From Lentisphaerota bacterium (GTDB lineage: Bacteria; Verrucomicrobiota; Kiritimatiellia; UBA8416; JAQBFJ01), in NCBI GenBank assembly GCA_041306605.1, contig JBFZFB010000091.1, forward strand, positions 1 through 53,635: 53,635 nucleotides of DNA, given 5' to 3'. The notes under the pieces were generated by a model. That model had not been told where the DNA came from. It did not search any database and saw nothing but the letters and a program-made list of their open reading frames with translations. The translations under genes and the position numbers were made by a program. Within the stretch, counting starts at the first letter, position 1; each line of letters begins with the position of its first letter. This document shows positions 20,811 through 31,329 of this stretch, one piece after another.

Positions 20811-21740
20811 ATGAAGTGGATAAAAGTATTTTCACCTGCCACGATTGGTAATATCGGGCCGGGTTTTGACGTGCTGGGTCTGGCTGTGAGGGGTATGGGA
20901 GACACTGTTATTGCGAGGCGCGCTAAAAGGCCGGGTGTCAGGATAATTTCGGTTGCAGGTGATGATTCGGTTGAAACTGATCCCCGCCGTAATACTGCCG
21001 GAATAGCGGCGCAGGAAGTGATGAATATTCTCGGGGTGAAGGGTGGAGTGGAGATGAATCTTATCAAAGGCATTCCGGCCGGGTCAGGCTTGGGTTCAAG
21101 CGCGGCGTCAGCTGCGGCTGGTGCTTTTGCCGTTAACGCTCTTTTCGGCATGACTTTGACTAAAGAAGATCTGATTCTGCCGGCGACGAAGGCGGAAGAA
21201 GTTGTCTCTGGCGGATTTTTTGCCGACAATACCGCTCCGGCTTTGCTGGGCGGTGCTACTGTAACCAGATCGTGTGTTCCTCTTGATGTCACAAGGATAG
21301 GCACCATTGATGGGATCAAGATGGTATTGGTTACTCCTGAAATCAGGGTGTTGACAAAATACGCGCGCGAAATTCTGCCGAAGCGGATACCGATGGAAGG
21401 GTTTGTGAGCAATATGGCGAATTCATGCCTGATCGCGGCCGCGTTTGCCGGCAATAATTACGGTCTTTTTGCCCGGAGTTTGAAAGATGTCGTAATTGAA
21501 CCTGTCAGAGCGAAACTGATAAAGGGTTTTGACCATGTTAAAGAGGTAGCGCTTGCTGCCGGAGCGGACGGTATGACGATTTCAGGTTCAGGGCCCACGG
21601 TATTTGCCATAACCAGCAATATGCGAAAGGCCCGTAGAATAGAGGATGCGATGGTACGGGCGTTCAGGCAGGTTGGTGTTTCTTCCACCAGTCTTATTAC
21701 AGATGTGGATCCGCAGGGTACGCGTTTGCTTAGACGGTAA
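20811..21740 (+). CDS. thrB: Homoserine kinase (GHMP family)
   Basis: ATIGNIGPGFDVLG, GHMP motif GIPAGSGLGSSAASAAAG and ISGSGPTVFA. Confidence 0.9.
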   Translation: MKWIKVFSPATIGNIGPGFDVLGLAVRGMGDTVIARRAKRPGVRIISVAGDDSVETDPRRNTAGIAAQEVMNILGVKGGVEMNLIKGIPAGSGLGSSAASAAAGAFAVNALFGMTLTKEDLILPATKAEEVVSGGFFADNTAPALLGGATVTRSCVPLDVTRIGTIDGIKMVLVTPEIRVLTKYAREILPKRIPMEGFVSNMANSCLIAAAFAGNNYGLFARSLKDVVIEPVRAKLIKGFDHVKEVALAAGADGMTISGSGPTVFAITSNMRKARRIEDAMVRAFRQVGVSSTSLITDVDPQGTRLLRR

Positions 21741-21748
21741 AGTGTTTT

Positions 21749-22858
21749 TCAAGACAGAGTTTCGTCTATTATTCCGGCGAGGCCTTTGATGAAATTGCTG
21801 ACGCTGAATTTTTCTGCGTTGGCGCGTATCGCGCCGGGGTCCCATTTTGTAGAAGCGCATGAATGCACGGCATCGAGCAGGCTCTGTTCCGTCTGTTCTT
21901 CAAAAAGAATACCTGTTGTATCCGGAATAACTGTTTCCAAAGCTCCGCCTCTGGCGTAGGCAACTACAGGTTTTCCGTTAGCCTGAGCTTCCACCGGAAC
22001 GATGCCGAAATCTTCTTCTCCGGGGAAAATGAGCATTCTGCAGGTCTGGTACAGTTGAGCTATTTGTTCATCGGACTGCCATCCCAGGAATTCTATATTT
22101 GAAGTGGAGATGGCGCGCAGTTTTTTCATTTCACTGCCTGTTCCGGCTATTTTGAGAGGGGTTCCGGACCGTGAATATGCCCGGACGGCTAGGTCTATTC
22201 TCTTGTAAGGCACAAGGGCGGAAACTATCAGGTCGAACAGGCCGTTGGCTTTGTATTCCTGGCTGAAGCAATGTGTGTTTACGGGCGGGTACACGACGTC
22301 GGAGTCACGTCCGTAAAAATTTTTTATGCGTGTCTGGACATGTTTGCTTATGGCGACGAACCGGTTTACGCGTGAGGACGTTTTTTTATCCCACGCCCGG
22401 AGCATGCTCAGTATGGGTTTGGCGATTAATGCTTTAGCCGGGTTGCGTCCAAAATATTCATCGTAGAAAATCCACGCATAGCGCATGGGGGTGAAGCAGT
22501 AGCAGATATGCCTGGTTTTGGGTGCTAATGGCAGTGCTTTGGCAACGCAGTGGCTTGTGCTTATCAGGAGATCGGTTGGCGGAGCGTACATATTGCTTAT
22601 GGCTAAAGGAAAGAGCGGAAGGAGCCAGCGGTAGTGCTGTGTGATTCCGGGAATGTTCTGAAGGAAAGAGGTGTTTATGTTGTGTGCGTTTATGATGTCG
22701 GATACGGCAGATTGTTTGTGAAACAACGTGAATATGGAAGCTTGCGGGAACCCTTCGCATAGGATTTCAAGCACACGTTCACCGCCGCGCATGCCGGTTA
22801 GCCAGTCGTGGCTCAGGGTGACATTTATTTTCCGCCATTTTTCAGGAAAGTTGTTCAT
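21749..22858 (-). CDS. Glycosyltransferase family 4 (GT-B)
   Basis: C-terminal EEDFGIVPVEAQANGKPVVA (E-x7-E region). N-terminal HDWLTGMRGGERVLE. Confidence 0.8.
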   Translation of the reverse strand: MNNFPEKWRKINVTLSHDWLTGMRGGERVLEILCEGFPQASIFTLFHKQSAVSDIINAHNINTSFLQNIPGITQHYRWLLPLFPLAISNMYAPPTDLLISTSHCVAKALPLAPKTRHICYCFTPMRYAWIFYDEYFGRNPAKALIAKPILSMLRAWDKKTSSRVNRFVAISKHVQTRIKNFYGRDSDVVYPPVNTHCFSQEYKANGLFDLIVSALVPYKRIDLAVRAYSRSGTPLKIAGTGSEMKKLRAISTSNIEFLGWQSDEQIAQLYQTCRMLIFPGEEDFGIVPVEAQANGKPVVAYARGGALETVIPDTTGILFEEQTEQSLLDAVHSCASTKWDPGAIRANAEKFSVSNFIKGLAGIIDETLS

Positions 22859-23987
22859 ATATCTTCAATGTTTCTTGAGCTGTACGGGCCCATGTGAATT
22901 TTTTTGCCTGCAAAAGGCCTTTTTCTGTCATTTCACGCGACAATTCAGGATTTGTGAGAATGTTGACCATTTGAGCGGCGAATTGATCGGTATCCTTATG
23001 ATCAACCATAATGGCGGCGTTTCCGGCGACTTCCGGCAGTGATGCGGCATTACTGCATAGCACAGGTGTTCCACATGACATGGCTTCCACTATCTGCAAT
23101 CCGAAGCCTTCGTATGCGGATGGGTGCGCAAGAAGGTCGGCTTGCTGATATATTGCAACCAGCTCGTTATCGGGCAGGTAGCCTTTCCATTCTATCGATT
23201 GTGCCACGCCCAGTTTCCCGGCAGTCTGCATTGCTTCCGGATAGCGGGAGTCTTGAGGGCCGGCAATCACGAGTTTTACCGGAACGGGAATCATCTTTTT
23301 GGCTTTGGCGAAAGCAGTGATAAGTCCGGTAACATTTTTGTATGGATCGCTTCTTCCAACGTAGAGCACTGTTTTGACTTTCTGATCGCGTGTTGGAGAT
23401 TGCGGTGGTTGGAACCGTTCGGCGACTCCGCAGTATATGGTGCGGATTTTGTCAGATTTTGATTCCGGAATATGCAGATGGGTAATGATGTCCTTTCTTG
23501 ACGCGTTACTGTCGGCGATAATGATGTTGGATCGCATTCCTACTTCGAGCATGAGTCTTTTATAGAGCGGGAAGAACCTTGTTTTTTTTGATTTCGGTGC
23601 GTGGTGGGGGAATATCATTGGTATAACGTCATGTATGGTTGTGACGCATTTGATTTTCCCTGTTCTGTTTTTCGGGAATGCCAGTAATGGAATCATGTAA
23701 TTTGTTGAATGAAATATGTCTATGGACATTTTTTTCAGCAATGCCGGAAGAAGCAGTTGGTTGACGGGTGAGAACAGGCTGTATGGCAGAAGGGATGTTG
23801 AGAAGTTGGGGGCTGAATCCAGATTTATTTCTGCGGCTGTGCGCTGAAGCAGAGAACTGTTGTTGAAAAAGAGTGTGTAACTGTTTTTCCGGTCGAGTTG
23901 GGTCAGATTTTTTATCAGTTCACGGGTATAGGCGCCTATGCCTGAAATTTCTTCAAAAATCCATCTTGCATCCAGAGCGATGTTCAT
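22842..23987 (-). CDS. Glycosyltransferase family 4 (GT-B)
   Basis: YEGFGLQIVEAMSCGTPVLCSN motif. Start MNIALDARW at 23987 forms an ATGA overlap with the upstream stop. Confidence 0.8.
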   Translation of the reverse strand: MNIALDARWIFEEISGIGAYTRELIKNLTQLDRKNSYTLFFNNSSLLQRTAAEINLDSAPNFSTSLLPYSLFSPVNQLLLPALLKKMSIDIFHSTNYMIPLLAFPKNRTGKIKCVTTIHDVIPMIFPHHAPKSKKTRFFPLYKRLMLEVGMRSNIIIADSNASRKDIITHLHIPESKSDKIRTIYCGVAERFQPPQSPTRDQKVKTVLYVGRSDPYKNVTGLITAFAKAKKMIPVPVKLVIAGPQDSRYPEAMQTAGKLGVAQSIEWKGYLPDNELVAIYQQADLLAHPSAYEGFGLQIVEAMSCGTPVLCSNAASLPEVAGNAAIMVDHKDTDQFAAQMVNILTNPELSREMTEKGLLQAKKFTWARTAQETLKIYEQLS

Positions 23988-25102
23988 TGGTTCACCTTTT
24001 TGTAAACATCCCATGTTTTGCGGGCTGTTTCTGTCCATGAATATTTTGCAGCCTGTTTACGGCCCTGAATGGACATTTGCCTGCGCTGGTCGCTGTTGAA
24101 GAGTGTTTTTCTTACTGTTTCAACCCACAGATCGAGATCAAATGTATCGAGCAGGGTTGCGGCGGAGCCGAGTGTTTCGGGCAGGGATCCGGTTGCGGAG
24201 GAGATAACCGGTGTGTTGCAGGCCATGGCTTCGAGCGGCGGCAAGCCGAATCCTTCATAGAATGATGTAAAGAGAAACAGTTCTGCTCCGGCGTACAGGG
24301 CCGGCAGATGATGATCTGGAACGTAATTGAGATAGTGTATATTGGCGGCACGGGGAGACGATTTTATTTTGTCCATGATAGGTTTGTACTGCCAGCCCGG
24401 CATGCCGCTTATCACCAGATCTCCGGGGAAGTCGGTTAATCTTTCAAATATTTGAATAAGAAACGGAATATTTTTGCGGGGTTCAATGGTGCTTAATGTT
24501 AGTATGTAAGGGCGTGTTATATTGAGTTCGGCGAGGGATGATTGTATCTGTGTTTCGCTTTGCGGCCGGAATTCGCTGTCTATGCCGAGATGTATGGGGA
24601 AGATGCGGTTTGCGGGGACATTGAGCAGTTCATGGATTTCCATGGCACTGAAACCGGAATCGGTTATTATTGCACTGGCTCTTCGCACGGTATCGAGTAT
24701 TCGCGCGGAAAGATATTTGCAGTTGCGCTGTTCCGCGAACTGAGGGAAGCGCATGAAGCTCATGTCGTGTATTGTTGCTATTGATTTTCCGCTTGATAAA
24801 GGCGGCAGGATGAAATTTGGAAAATGGAAAACATCGGCGTCTCCGGAGAACATATTGAACGGGGGCCATTGAATGGTTTTCCATGCAAGCTGGGCCAGGC
24901 GGCCCGGGCAGGATCGAATGGCTTTATACTGCGCGTTGGGTACGGCAGGAACAGAAGCCTTACGCGTAAAGTCAAAATAACACAATGTCAGGGTGTTACT
25001 GCCGGCTGTCAGCGCTCCGAGGTTTTGAGCCAAAAGCTTGACATAGCGGCCAACACCGGCGCGTTGTGCTATTGCCGGCTGGATATCCATACAAACATTC
25101 AT
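23984..25102 (-). CDS. Glycosyltransferase family 4 (GT-B)
   Basis: YEGFGLPPLEAMACNTPVISS motif. First gene of a three-GT4 operon. Confidence 0.8.
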   Translation of the reverse strand: MNVCMDIQPAIAQRAGVGRYVKLLAQNLGALTAGSNTLTLCYFDFTRKASVPAVPNAQYKAIRSCPGRLAQLAWKTIQWPPFNMFSGDADVFHFPNFILPPLSSGKSIATIHDMSFMRFPQFAEQRNCKYLSARILDTVRRASAIITDSGFSAMEIHELLNVPANRIFPIHLGIDSEFRPQSETQIQSSLAELNITRPYILTLSTIEPRKNIPFLIQIFERLTDFPGDLVISGMPGWQYKPIMDKIKSSPRAANIHYLNYVPDHHLPALYAGAELFLFTSFYEGFGLPPLEAMACNTPVISSATGSLPETLGSAATLLDTFDLDLWVETVRKTLFNSDQRRQMSIQGRKQAAKYSWTETARKTWDVYKKVNQ

Positions 25103-25228
25103 GGGTATAAGACTAGATTGACCGGATGGAAAAATAAAGTGGAATCTATTCAGGGAGGCATGTGTTTTTTGGTGTTTTTCCGGTTTTATTTTTTTTACGC
25201 GGTAATATTTTCATGATGCCCGTATTGG

Positions 25229-25258
25229 GTAATCAGGTTAGAAGTAATCAGGTTAGAA
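25229..25258 (+). promoter_or_regulatory. Tandem 15-mer GTAATCAGGTTAGAA x2 abutting the grpE promoter -35
   Basis: Exact 15-bp unit at 25229-25243 and 25244-25258, running straight into TTGACG (25260-25265). Confidence 0.5.
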
Positions 25259-25259
25259 G

Positions 25260-25288
25260 TTGACGTTATGCATGTTGGCGAGTATCTT
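25260..25288 (+). promoter_or_regulatory. Candidate sigma70-like promoter of grpE-dnaJ
   Basis: TTGACG, 17-nt spacer, TATCTT, about 50 nt upstream of the grpE ATG. Pattern match only. Confidence 0.3.
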
Positions 25289-25338
25289 TTGGGATGTTCA
25301 GGTGATTAAATCGAGGAATAAAGGGAGAAACAGTGGAA

Positions 25339-26022
25339 ATGACTGCTGATAAAGAAGATATCCTTTCAAATGGCAGTGTGCCTGATGATTCCGGTCTTGC
25401 GGAAGTGATTCCGGATGTTGTGCCGGAGCCTGAAGTGGAAAAGCATGATCATCATAATCATGACAGCGAAAAGCACAAAGGGAAACGCGGTAAGAAGAAA
25501 GACGCATCTTCTGAAGAAAAAAAGAAGGAAAGCGATGAAGAGATCAGCATTTTGAAGGACAAGCTGTTGCGCTTGCAGGCTGACTTTGAAAATTTCCGCA
25601 AGAGAGTTCTTCGCGAGAAGGCGGATGTTTATGTCCGTGCCAACGAGGATATTATAAGTGAGCTCTTGCCTGTTCTTGATCATTTGGACATAGCGCTGGA
25701 GTCGGTGAAGACCCATAACACGCCGGACGCTTTTATTAAAGGGTTTGAGCTTGTTTCGGAACAGATGTTGTTTGTGTTGAAGAAATTCGGTCTTGATCAG
25801 ATTGATTCCAAAACGCATAAGTTTGATCCTAATATGCATGAGGCGATAACCCGTTTGGAGTCGGCGGAACATCCTGAAGACACCATTCTGAAGCATGTTC
25901 GCAAGGGGTATACCCTTGGGGGCAAATTGCTGAGGGCATCGCAGGTGGTGATTGCCGGTAACAGCAGGGAATCAGCCGGCGGATCTGAAGAAGGAGAGGC
26001 ATGCTGTGGCGAACAAAAGTGA
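25339..26022 (+). CDS. grpE: Nucleotide exchange factor GrpE
   Basis: [51 protein letters not shown] lies 10 nt before ATG 25339 (track GTG 25333). Confidence 0.9.
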   Translation: MTADKEDILSNGSVPDDSGLAEVIPDVVPEPEVEKHDHHNHDSEKHKGKRGKKKDASSEEKKKESDEEISILKDKLLRLQADFENFRKRVLREKADVYVRANEDIISELLPVLDHLDIALESVKTHNTPDAFIKGFELVSEQMLFVLKKFGLDQIDSKTHKFDPNMHEAITRLESAEHPEDTILKHVRKGYTLGGKLLRASQVVIAGNSRESAGGSEEGEACCGEQK

Positions 26023-27187
26023 TTATTATGAACTGCTTGGTGTTGGCAAGTCGTCATCAGAAGATGAGATAAAAAAAGCTTATCGCAAGCTTGCGATGAA
26101 ATATCATCCGGACAAGAATCCGGGCGATAAGACAGCTGAAGCCAAATTCAAGGAAATATCTGAAGCTTATGAGGTTTTAAGTGACGCCAATAAAAGGCGG
26201 CAATATGATCAGTTCGGTCATGACGGGCTGAAGTCTACTTTCGGGCCGGGCGGTTTTGATTTCGCGAGAGATTTCACTCATACGGCTGATCTGGAAGATA
26301 TATTAGGAAATATTTTCGGTGGCGGAGCTTTTGGTGATTTGTTCAGCACGGGGCGCCGCCGGTCGCGGACGGGGCCCCAGCGCGGAGCGGATCTTGAGTT
26401 TTCGCTGGAGATAGATCTTGAAGAAACAGCCTTTGGTTCGCGGCGGGAGGTGACGCTTCCGCTGTCTGTGGAATGTGACAAATGCAGCGGGTCAGGAATG
26501 GCGCCGGGCGCCAAAAAAGAGACATGCCGTCATTGCGGCGGGCAGGGTGCGGTGGTATCAGGGGGTGGTTTCTTTCAGATGAGACAGACATGTCCGGTAT
26601 GCGGCGGCACAGGGAGCATTGTGACAAGTCCGTGCAAGGTATGTCAGGGTGCGGGGCGTGTAAAGAGCAGGAAAAAGCTGACATTAAAGATTCCGCCGGG
26701 TGTTGAAAACGGTTCGCGTCTTCGTTTGAGCGGGAAGGGTGAAGGCGGTATTCGCGGCGGGCCGCCGGGTGATCTTTATGTTGTTCTGCATGTGGGTCAG
26801 CATGAGCTTTTTGAGCGGCGGGGGGATGATTTATATTGTGAAGTCCCGATTCCTTTTGAAATTGCCGCGCTTGGCGGGGAGGTTGAGGTTCCCACCATAG
26901 ACGGGTATGCCAAATTAAAGATAGAAGCCGGCACGGAAAACGGGAAAGTTTTTCGTTTGCGGTCGAAGGGTATGCCCAATGTTGAAGGATACGGCAGGGG
27001 CGACCAGCATGTGCGGATAGTGGTGGAAGTGCCGGTGAAGTTGAGTTCAAAACAGAAAGCGCTTTTGAAAGAGCTGGGTGATTCGAGGAGTGATTCCAAT
27101 TATCCCGTGCAGGAAGGGTTCCGCAAGCTTGTTGAATCGTTTTACGAAAGAAAACATTCCCTGATTAAAGATGGCGGCGGACAGTGA
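26006..27187 (+). CDS. dnaJ: Molecular chaperone DnaJ
   Basis: J domain DYYELLGV...[12 protein letters not shown]-rich linker, four CxxCxGxG zinc motifs. GTG 26006 with GAAGGAGAG RBS; overlaps the grpE end by 17 nt. Confidence 0.95.
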   Translation: MANKSDYYELLGVGKSSSEDEIKKAYRKLAMKYHPDKNPGDKTAEAKFKEISEAYEVLSDANKRRQYDQFGHDGLKSTFGPGGFDFARDFTHTADLEDILGNIFGGGAFGDLFSTGRRRSRTGPQRGADLEFSLEIDLEETAFGSRREVTLPLSVECDKCSGSGMAPGAKKETCRHCGGQGAVVSGGGFFQMRQTCPVCGGTGSIVTSPCKVCQGAGRVKSRKKLTLKIPPGVENGSRLRLSGKGEGGIRGGPPGDLYVVLHVGQHELFERRGDDLYCEVPIPFEIAALGGEVEVPTIDGYAKLKIEAGTENGKVFRLRSKGMPNVEGYGRGDQHVRIVVEVPVKLSSKQKALLKELGDSRSDSNYPVQEGFRKLVESFYERKHSLIKDGGGQ

Positions 27188-27217
27188 TTCCGGCCGGTTT
27201 GCTCGGAGGGATTCCCA

Positions 27218-27976
27218 ATGCGCAGGTTTCATATATCAGGTGACGGCTGGGGTGCGGCGAAAGTCAAGCTGACACCGGAAGAGGAGCATCATCTTGTGCA
27301 TGTTCTTCGCGGGCAGGCCGGTGACAAGGTTATGGTTTTTGACGGGCAGGGACGTGAAGCTGTGGCACGGCTTGAAGTTGAACACGGTTCGGTTTCGCTG
27401 GAGATTGTTGAAGGCCCGTATGTTACAGGTAAACCTTCATTTCGAATGATTCTCGCTGTGGCTTTGCCGAAAGGCAAGCGGATGGATCTTATAGTTGAAA
27501 AAGCAGTCGAGCTGGGTGTGTCCGGAATTCAGCCTCTGATATCCAGTCGTGTAGTCGCGCGTCCCAAGGGCAGTCAGGTAAAAGAACGGTTGTCACGATG
27601 GCAGCGTATCGCGCTTACGGCCGCAAAGCAGTGCGGACTCAACTGGGTGCCGGAGATCAAGCCGGTTGCTGATTTTGAAGATTTTATCAATGGCTGTGAT
27701 TTTTTTGATTTTCTTCTTGTTGGTTCACTTGGTGCGGATGCTGTTCCTTTGCGCGATGCCGTTGGGGAGATAAGGGAAAATATCAGAAGCGGGAGCGAAG
27801 ATTCGTGGAATGTAGGTTTGGTAATTGGACCTGAAGGTGATTTTACTCCCGATGAGATAAGGCAGGTGGTTGGAGCTGGGGCTGTGCCGGTCAGTTTCGG
27901 TTCTCTGGTTTTCCGTGTGGAAACGGCAGCCTTGTATGGACTGAGCGTTCTTTCGTATGAGCTGAACAGGCCTTGA
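27218..27976 (+). CDS. rsmE: 16S rRNA (uracil1498-N3)-methyltransferase
   Basis: MRRFHI..., EEHHLVHVLR, KGKRMDLIVEKAVELGV, IGPEGDFTPDE. RsmE/SPOUT pattern. Confidence 0.85.
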   Translation: MRRFHISGDGWGAAKVKLTPEEEHHLVHVLRGQAGDKVMVFDGQGREAVARLEVEHGSVSLEIVEGPYVTGKPSFRMILAVALPKGKRMDLIVEKAVELGVSGIQPLISSRVVARPKGSQVKERLSRWQRIALTAAKQCGLNWVPEIKPVADFEDFINGCDFFDFLLVGSLGADAVPLRDAVGEIRENIRSGSEDSWNVGLVIGPEGDFTPDEIRQVVGAGAVPVSFGSLVFRVETAALYGLSVLSYELNRP

Positions 27977-27997
27977 TTGGGACTGGCGGTGCTGTAT

Positions 27998-30900
27998 TTA
28001 GAATCCTATTTGTCTTCTTAACGGCTGGTCGGATATTCCCATGATATTTTGAGTGCGGGAAATGGCGACGTTGCGGATTGTGGCAAAACGCTGGTCCTGT
28101 TCGGCTATGGATATGGCTTCGTTTCCGCCCATTCTGATGGCGTTTTCGAGAGACCGGGTGGCGGATTCAGCGTCCTGAAATTGCACCTGTAATGCGGAGT
28201 AATCAAGCCATGCTCTCCAATCGCTGGGTTTGAGGTTCAGGTAGAGCTTGATTACGGTCATCATTTTTTGCGGGTTATTTGCCTGAGCGTACATCTTGTA
28301 TATATCGAGATAAGCTTCGGGCATGATATTGGAAGGTATTCTCTGCATGCAAAGGGTGAGAGCTTTATCCATTTCAACCGGGCATCCCGCAGCCAACAGC
28401 ATATTGGCGGCTTGGAACAGTAATTGCGGCGGCAGTTCCGGGGCGTTGATCAGGCTGGTCATGACTTCAAGGAACCGGCCGCGGCTGCGTACTTTCATGT
28501 AGCAGTCGGCGAGTTCAATGGCAACATTGGCATCCATGGCGTTGTTCTGGCTTGATGCTTCAAGCACTTTTATGCGTTCTGTCAGTTTTTCTGCGTCCTG
28601 TATGATTTTTATCAGTTCAAACACTCTTGTGTTGCCGGGATCCTGTTTGCCGAATTCTTGCATTATATCGGCTGAATAATGGAAGCGGTTCTGAGGCATG
28701 CATATTTCCTGTACGAGCCGGAACGTTGCTTCAGGGCTTAACGGGTAGAGTATTCTTGCTTCATGAAAAGCCTTTTCCGCTTCGGCGGGCATGTTTCTGC
28801 TGGTGTACAGGCCTGCTATCGCGCTTCGTAGTTTGGAGAATGACTTGCGCGCGACAATGTCGCGTATAAACTTCGTGTTATCGTGAAGTCTTCTGAGGTA
28901 CCAGTCCCAGAAATCCATATCGTTGATGACGTATTCGGGGGTCAGTGGGGTCATGTTTTTGTTGATTTTCATTATGAGCCCGTGCGGAGTAAGATAAGGA
29001 TACATCCACGGGATCACGTAGCTTTCTTCCACATAGAAATCGTGTCTGTAATTATTGTGTTCAAAAATCATTTGGGCGAGGATGCCGTTTATTTCCATGA
29101 CTCCGAGCGCTCCGCTGACTTGGACGCGGCCGTTTTCTATCTTTAGTTCGGCGTTTCTAGGGCGTTTGCCGCTTTGAACTTCTTCGACATAACGCTGAAA
29201 GGCTTTTGCACTGTCCGGCGGATCAGGGATCCAGATTTTGTCTCCGTAAAGGTCCCGCATGACACTCATATATGTGCCGTCGGCCAAAGCGTTTTGGGTG
29301 ATGAGGTAGACGTCTTCCCGCACTTTAGCCGAGTATATCATGTATGTCGGGACGAATCGTCCGGGATCGGTGCCGCCGTAGAAGATAGCGTCCGGTCCCA
29401 TTTCAGGTGGAAATTCCGGGTTTGGAAGAGGCTCCTCGGAAGGGCTGAGTTCTTCGGTTATCGCATCCGCGCCGCGCAGTTGATAATTGCCGAATTGCCA
29501 GCCGAAATCGTGGCCGTTCTGTTCCGCGCCGCCGTATATTCTGACAAGTTCGCTGTTGTAAGCGTTTTCGCGCAGAGGTACAAGCGGTAAAAGAAACGCG
29601 ACAGGAAGCGCTATGGCGAGAACGGATTTTCTTATTAGCGGCCGATTTTTAAAGAAAGCGTCAAGAGCGGCGAGGCCGAAGATCAGTCCGTAGCCGATCC
29701 AGAACGAGAACAGCGCATGTGATGAAATGAATTTAACTTTTTGAATGAAGGCATCTTGAATGTCACCTTTCGGATTTGCAAGGGCGATCAAGAGGACGCT
29801 CATTACCAGAAAGCCGGCCAGTGTGGCAAGTGTCCACTGCTGTGAGATGCTGTCGAGTCCTATTGTGAAATTGTCTGATTGTTCTTTTCGTGTTTTGCCT
29901 GACAATTTGTAGAAGACTTCAATGCACTGGTTGATGGTTATGGCGATTATGCCTGCTGTCATGATGAGGAGTACGAACGCGAACAGCATTTTGTAAAGTA
30001 TGGTCAAAGGGACCGAGCCGGGGGCGAGAAATTTTTCCAGCATGGCGAAAAATATTGCCAGCATGGAGAGTGATATGGCCACGTACAGAGCGTTGACGCG
30101 GCGGCCCTGTACCTTGATTTGCCAAAGGGCGAACGGCAGAAAGCCCAGCGGTGCGGCCAGTAGGGTGAATTGGAATCGCAGGTCTGCGAAGTAGGATCCG
30201 ATCTGATGTATAAACGCTGTTGAAATGACGCTTGCGACCTCGATTTTTTCATATTGACCGCGTGTTATGGCGTGTTTGAAACCTTCCCATGTTCTGGGGT
30301 ATCCCCAGTTCATCGGGGGATTTCTGAAATCTGAAACTATGGGCATATAAAGGTAAAACGCCACGCCTAGCTCGGCGAATAATATTGTTAATGCCACTGT
30401 TTTGCCGTTTGGCAGTAGAAAATAGGCCAATATAAGAATGAGGGCGTTTACTCCCATATAAACAAAGCCCGACATTTCCAAGGGGTGGTTTATTGCGCCT
30501 TGTAGTATATTTCCTCTGCCTGCGAGAAGGATAACAAGAGGTATGCCGGCGATGGCAAAATCACGGAAAAGTTTTATATCTTTGAGCATTACTATGATCA
30601 CGAGCGGGAGAGCGGCCAGGAGCAGAACCTGATAATTTGTCAGGCCGAGTCCGAACACAAAAGCCGTCATATAAAGTGTTCCGTTGGTGGGCTTGCACAT
30701 CCATTTGTACGAGAGCAGGAATATCAAGGTCAGGAAGAAAGCGTTAAGGCTGTATACTTCCACTATGACAGCCTGTGACCACATGACAGGAGAGAATGCC
30801 AGCAAGAGACTGCATGTTACTCCGCCGATCCAGCTTATTATGCCGTCCAGCGAGTGAGAGGCCCTGTTTAGAATGTTGCGGCTTTGTTTCAGCATGTCTG

Positions 30901-31249
30901 AACCGGAGCGGCAGATTAGCATTGATGTTATGCCGGTAGCCAGAGCTCCGAAGACGGCTGACTGGAGTGCGATGCACCATGCCGGGTTTGGCTGGCCCCG
31001 GAATGTCACGAATGAAAAAACTCTGGCGAATAACCAGGATAGTATGGACCAGATCGGGTAGCCGGGCGGGTGAGGTACTCCGAGCCAGTCTCCGGCAACG
31101 GCCAATTCGCCTGAATCTTCAAGGGTGACTGTAGGCGCGAGGGTATAGAAATAAACCGCTAACGAGATTGCGAAAGCGGCCCAGAACGCGTACCAATCCA
31201 GTTTCCTGAAGAAACGGCCAGATATATTGTTGTCTGCGAGATCAGTCAT
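27998..31249 (-). CDS. DUF2723/TMEM260-type GT-C fold glycosyltransferase with C-terminal TPR-like region
   Basis: 1083 aa. N-terminal DSGELAVAGDWLGVPHPPGYP signature of DUF2723, more than 10 hydrophobic segments, and a helical-repeat C-terminus. Confidence 0.75.
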   Translation of the reverse strand: MTDLADNNISGRFFRKLDWYAFWAAFAISLAVYFYTLAPTVTLEDSGELAVAGDWLGVPHPPGYPIWSILSWLFARVFSFVTFRGQPNPAWCIALQSAVFGALATGITSMLICRSGSDMLKQSRNILNRASHSLDGIISWIGGVTCSLLLAFSPVMWSQAVIVEVYSLNAFFLTLIFLLSYKWMCKPTNGTLYMTAFVFGLGLTNYQVLLLAALPLVIIVMLKDIKLFRDFAIAGIPLVILLAGRGNILQGAINHPLEMSGFVYMGVNALILILAYFLLPNGKTVALTILFAELGVAFYLYMPIVSDFRNPPMNWGYPRTWEGFKHAITRGQYEKIEVASVISTAFIHQIGSYFADLRFQFTLLAAPLGFLPFALWQIKVQGRRVNALYVAISLSMLAIFFAMLEKFLAPGSVPLTILYKMLFAFVLLIMTAGIIAITINQCIEVFYKLSGKTRKEQSDNFTIGLDSISQQWTLATLAGFLVMSVLLIALANPKGDIQDAFIQKVKFISSHALFSFWIGYGLIFGLAALDAFFKNRPLIRKSVLAIALPVAFLLPLVPLRENAYNSELVRIYGGAEQNGHDFGWQFGNYQLRGADAITEELSPSEEPLPNPEFPPEMGPDAIFYGGTDPGRFVPTYMIYSAKVREDVYLITQNALADGTYMSVMRDLYGDKIWIPDPPDSAKAFQRYVEEVQSGKRPRNAELKIENGRVQVSGALGVMEINGILAQMIFEHNNYRHDFYVEESYVIPWMYPYLTPHGLIMKINKNMTPLTPEYVINDMDFWDWYLRRLHDNTKFIRDIVARKSFSKLRSAIAGLYTSRNMPAEAEKAFHEARILYPLSPEATFRLVQEICMPQNRFHYSADIMQEFGKQDPGNTRVFELIKIIQDAEKLTERIKVLEASSQNNAMDANVAIELADCYMKVRSRGRFLEVMTSLINAPELPPQLLFQAANMLLAAGCPVEMDKALTLCMQRIPSNIMPEAYLDIYKMYAQANNPQKMMTVIKLYLNLKPSDWRAWLDYSALQVQFQDAESATRSLENAIRMGGNEAISIAEQDQRFATIRNVAISRTQNIMGISDQPLRRQIGF

Positions 31250-31329
31250 TTTTATTGAAGCAAATTAATTAATTTCACTAAAACCGCGAACTCTATCATA
31301 GGAACTGAAAAATCGCAAGCATGCGGGGT

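Noticed and set aside
20573-21454. 293-aa ORF on the minus strand
   Set aside because: It is antisense to thrC/thrB, which have unambiguous motifs. Its product is low-complexity and Pro/Ala/Ser/Thr-rich, typical of shadow ORFs.
26343-27050. 235-aa minus-strand ORF
   Set aside because: Antisense shadow of dnaJ. Arg/Pro/His-rich with no motifs.
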